A stretch of 46,450 nucleotides of DNA from a virus, in UHGV virus genome UHGV-1965195; one strand, 5' to 3'. Position numbers and translations under genes: made by a program. The notes below the pieces were generated by a model. The model was not told the origin of the DNA and ran no database searches. It saw only the letters and a list, made by a program, of their open reading frames with translations. Below are positions 45,738 to 46,450 of this stretch, one piece after another (position 1 is the first letter of the stretch; each line of letters opens with the position of its first letter).

Positions 45738-45813
45738 GTTCTTGCGCTCCTTCCTTTTCTAATTCTTGCCTTACCTACTACTCCCACGCCAACCAAGGCA
45801 TTATCGGCGGGGA

Positions 45814-46341
45814 TTATACTTCCCCCACCATAAATTTCTTTGTAGATGTATCAAACTGTCCATCTTCCCAGTCAGATACACCAAGTAAATTTCCAGAGCC
45901 CTGAATCTCACCATCGTTGTCCGAGAAATCTGACACCTCGATGGCTACTTTTCTTCTCTTCGCATAAAACTTATTCTGCTGTTCTGCCACAGGTTTTTCC
46001 ATGAACACCTTCACATAATAAGTTTCTGCATCCGTCCCTGTCTTTTCATTTTCTCCGATATCTGCAATAAATTCGATTGCTTTTTCGGAGCGGATCAGGT
46101 CAAACTCCAATGGTGCGGTCCATTCATAAGAACCGATTCTCTGTGTTGCTGACTTCTGATTGACATATCTTTTGGAAGTTGGCTGCGCAGATGGAGAATC
46201 ATCCAACTGAGTCACTCCAAATCCCAGAAGCTCATAAGTCCCGCTCAGATCTTTAGAAACATCCAGATATCCCGGATGCTGCCACCTTCCTACGACACCA
46301 GTTTCACCTGTTTCCGCAAAAAACTGAATATTCATTTTCAT
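45814..46341 (-). CDS. Major tail protein
   Basis: Start at MKMNIQFFAETGETG with GGAGGT 9 nt upstream. 175 aa. First gene of the tail block. N-terminus typical of siphovirus major tail proteins. Confidence 0.65.
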   Translation of the reverse strand: MKMNIQFFAETGETGVVGRWQHPGYLDVSKDLSGTYELLGFGVTQLDDSPSAQPTSKRYVNQKSATQRIGSYEWTAPLEFDLIRSEKAIEFIADIGENEKTGTDAETYYVKVFMEKPVAEQQNKFYAKRRKVAIEVSDFSDNDGEIQGSGNLLGVSDWEDGQFDTSTKKFMVGEV

Positions 46342-46348
46342 ACTTTCA

Positions 46349-46450
46349 CTACCTCCGTTTATAATAAATAAATTGACATTGTATCCTGTACTGGCACTTC
46401 GTCTCCTGTGCGTCATACAGATATCCGTCTGTTGTTGCCCGAATAGATTT
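46349..46450 (-). CDS. Possible 3' end of the gene that begins at 327..1, if the sequence is circular (33 codons ending in TAG at 46351-46349)
   Basis: The reading frame entering from position 1 continues in frame across the 46450/1 junction as KSIRATTDGYLYDAQETKCQYRIQCQFIYYKRR*. The TAG overlaps the GGAGGT ribosome-binding site of the major tail gene. Confidence 0.35.
   Translation of the reverse strand, partial: KSIRATTDGYLYDAQETKCQYRIQCQFIYYKRR

Noticed and set aside
324-46341. Four-nucleotide start/stop overlaps (ATGA, GTGA) between many adjacent genes as a special signal
   Set aside because: Ordinary translational coupling in tightly packed phage operons. Useful for confirming starts but not a novel feature.

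Overview
The window reads as a complete temperate siphovirus-type phage genome from a low-GC Gram-positive (Clostridia/Lachnospiraceae-like) host, apparently captured as a circularly permuted contig. Nearly all genes are on the minus strand.

Reading the minus strand from high to low coordinates:
- Tail module (46341 to 27556): major tail protein, two tail-assembly chaperones, a ~6 kb accessory island, TP901-like tape measure protein, Dit, a 1310-aa Tal/fibre with collagen-like repeats, holin and amidase endolysin.
- Attachment region (27518 to 27082): a terminator, a small ORF, and a 3' fragment of tRNA-Lys(TTT) that I interpret as the attP core.
- Plus-strand lysogeny genes (23686 to 26938): XRE-family cI-like repressor, ImmA protease, a DUF4236 membrane protein and a tyrosine integrase, followed by the genetic switch region.
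- Early region (23456 to 10053): Cro-like regulator, Rha and AntA antirepressors, a hexapeptide-repeat protein, a recombination module (DUF1071, NinB, HNH-like, RusA), a replisome organizer with an embedded origin, DUF4317-like and PAPS-reductase-like genes, DUF551, and an ArpU/RinA-like late activator.
- A phage-encoded tRNA-Asn and an AT-rich membrane-protein moron (9670 to 8705).
- Head module (8658 to 1): TerS, TerL, SPP1 gp6-like portal, MuF/gp7-like minor head protein, scaffold, major capsid protein, a collagen-like decoration protein and head-tail connectors.

The first ORF on the minus strand is cut by the window edge. If position 46450 joins position 1 it continues in frame to a stop that overlaps the ribosome-binding site (RBS) of the major tail protein gene.

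The items I would look at first are:
- A MuF-family head protein with a C-terminal HExxH metallopeptidase-like extension, followed by a zinc-ribbon ORF. This resembles a MuF polymorphic toxin with its immunity gene.
- A terminator-insulated accessory island (two Bro-N proteins, two lipoproteins, an unknown 136-aa protein and a 22-bp direct-repeat RNA element) that splits the tail chaperones from the tape measure gene.
- A hexapeptide-repeat protein encoded by about 11 near-identical 18-bp tandem repeats.

All calls rest on reading the translations and nucleotide patterns and on recalled family hallmarks. No database search was run.
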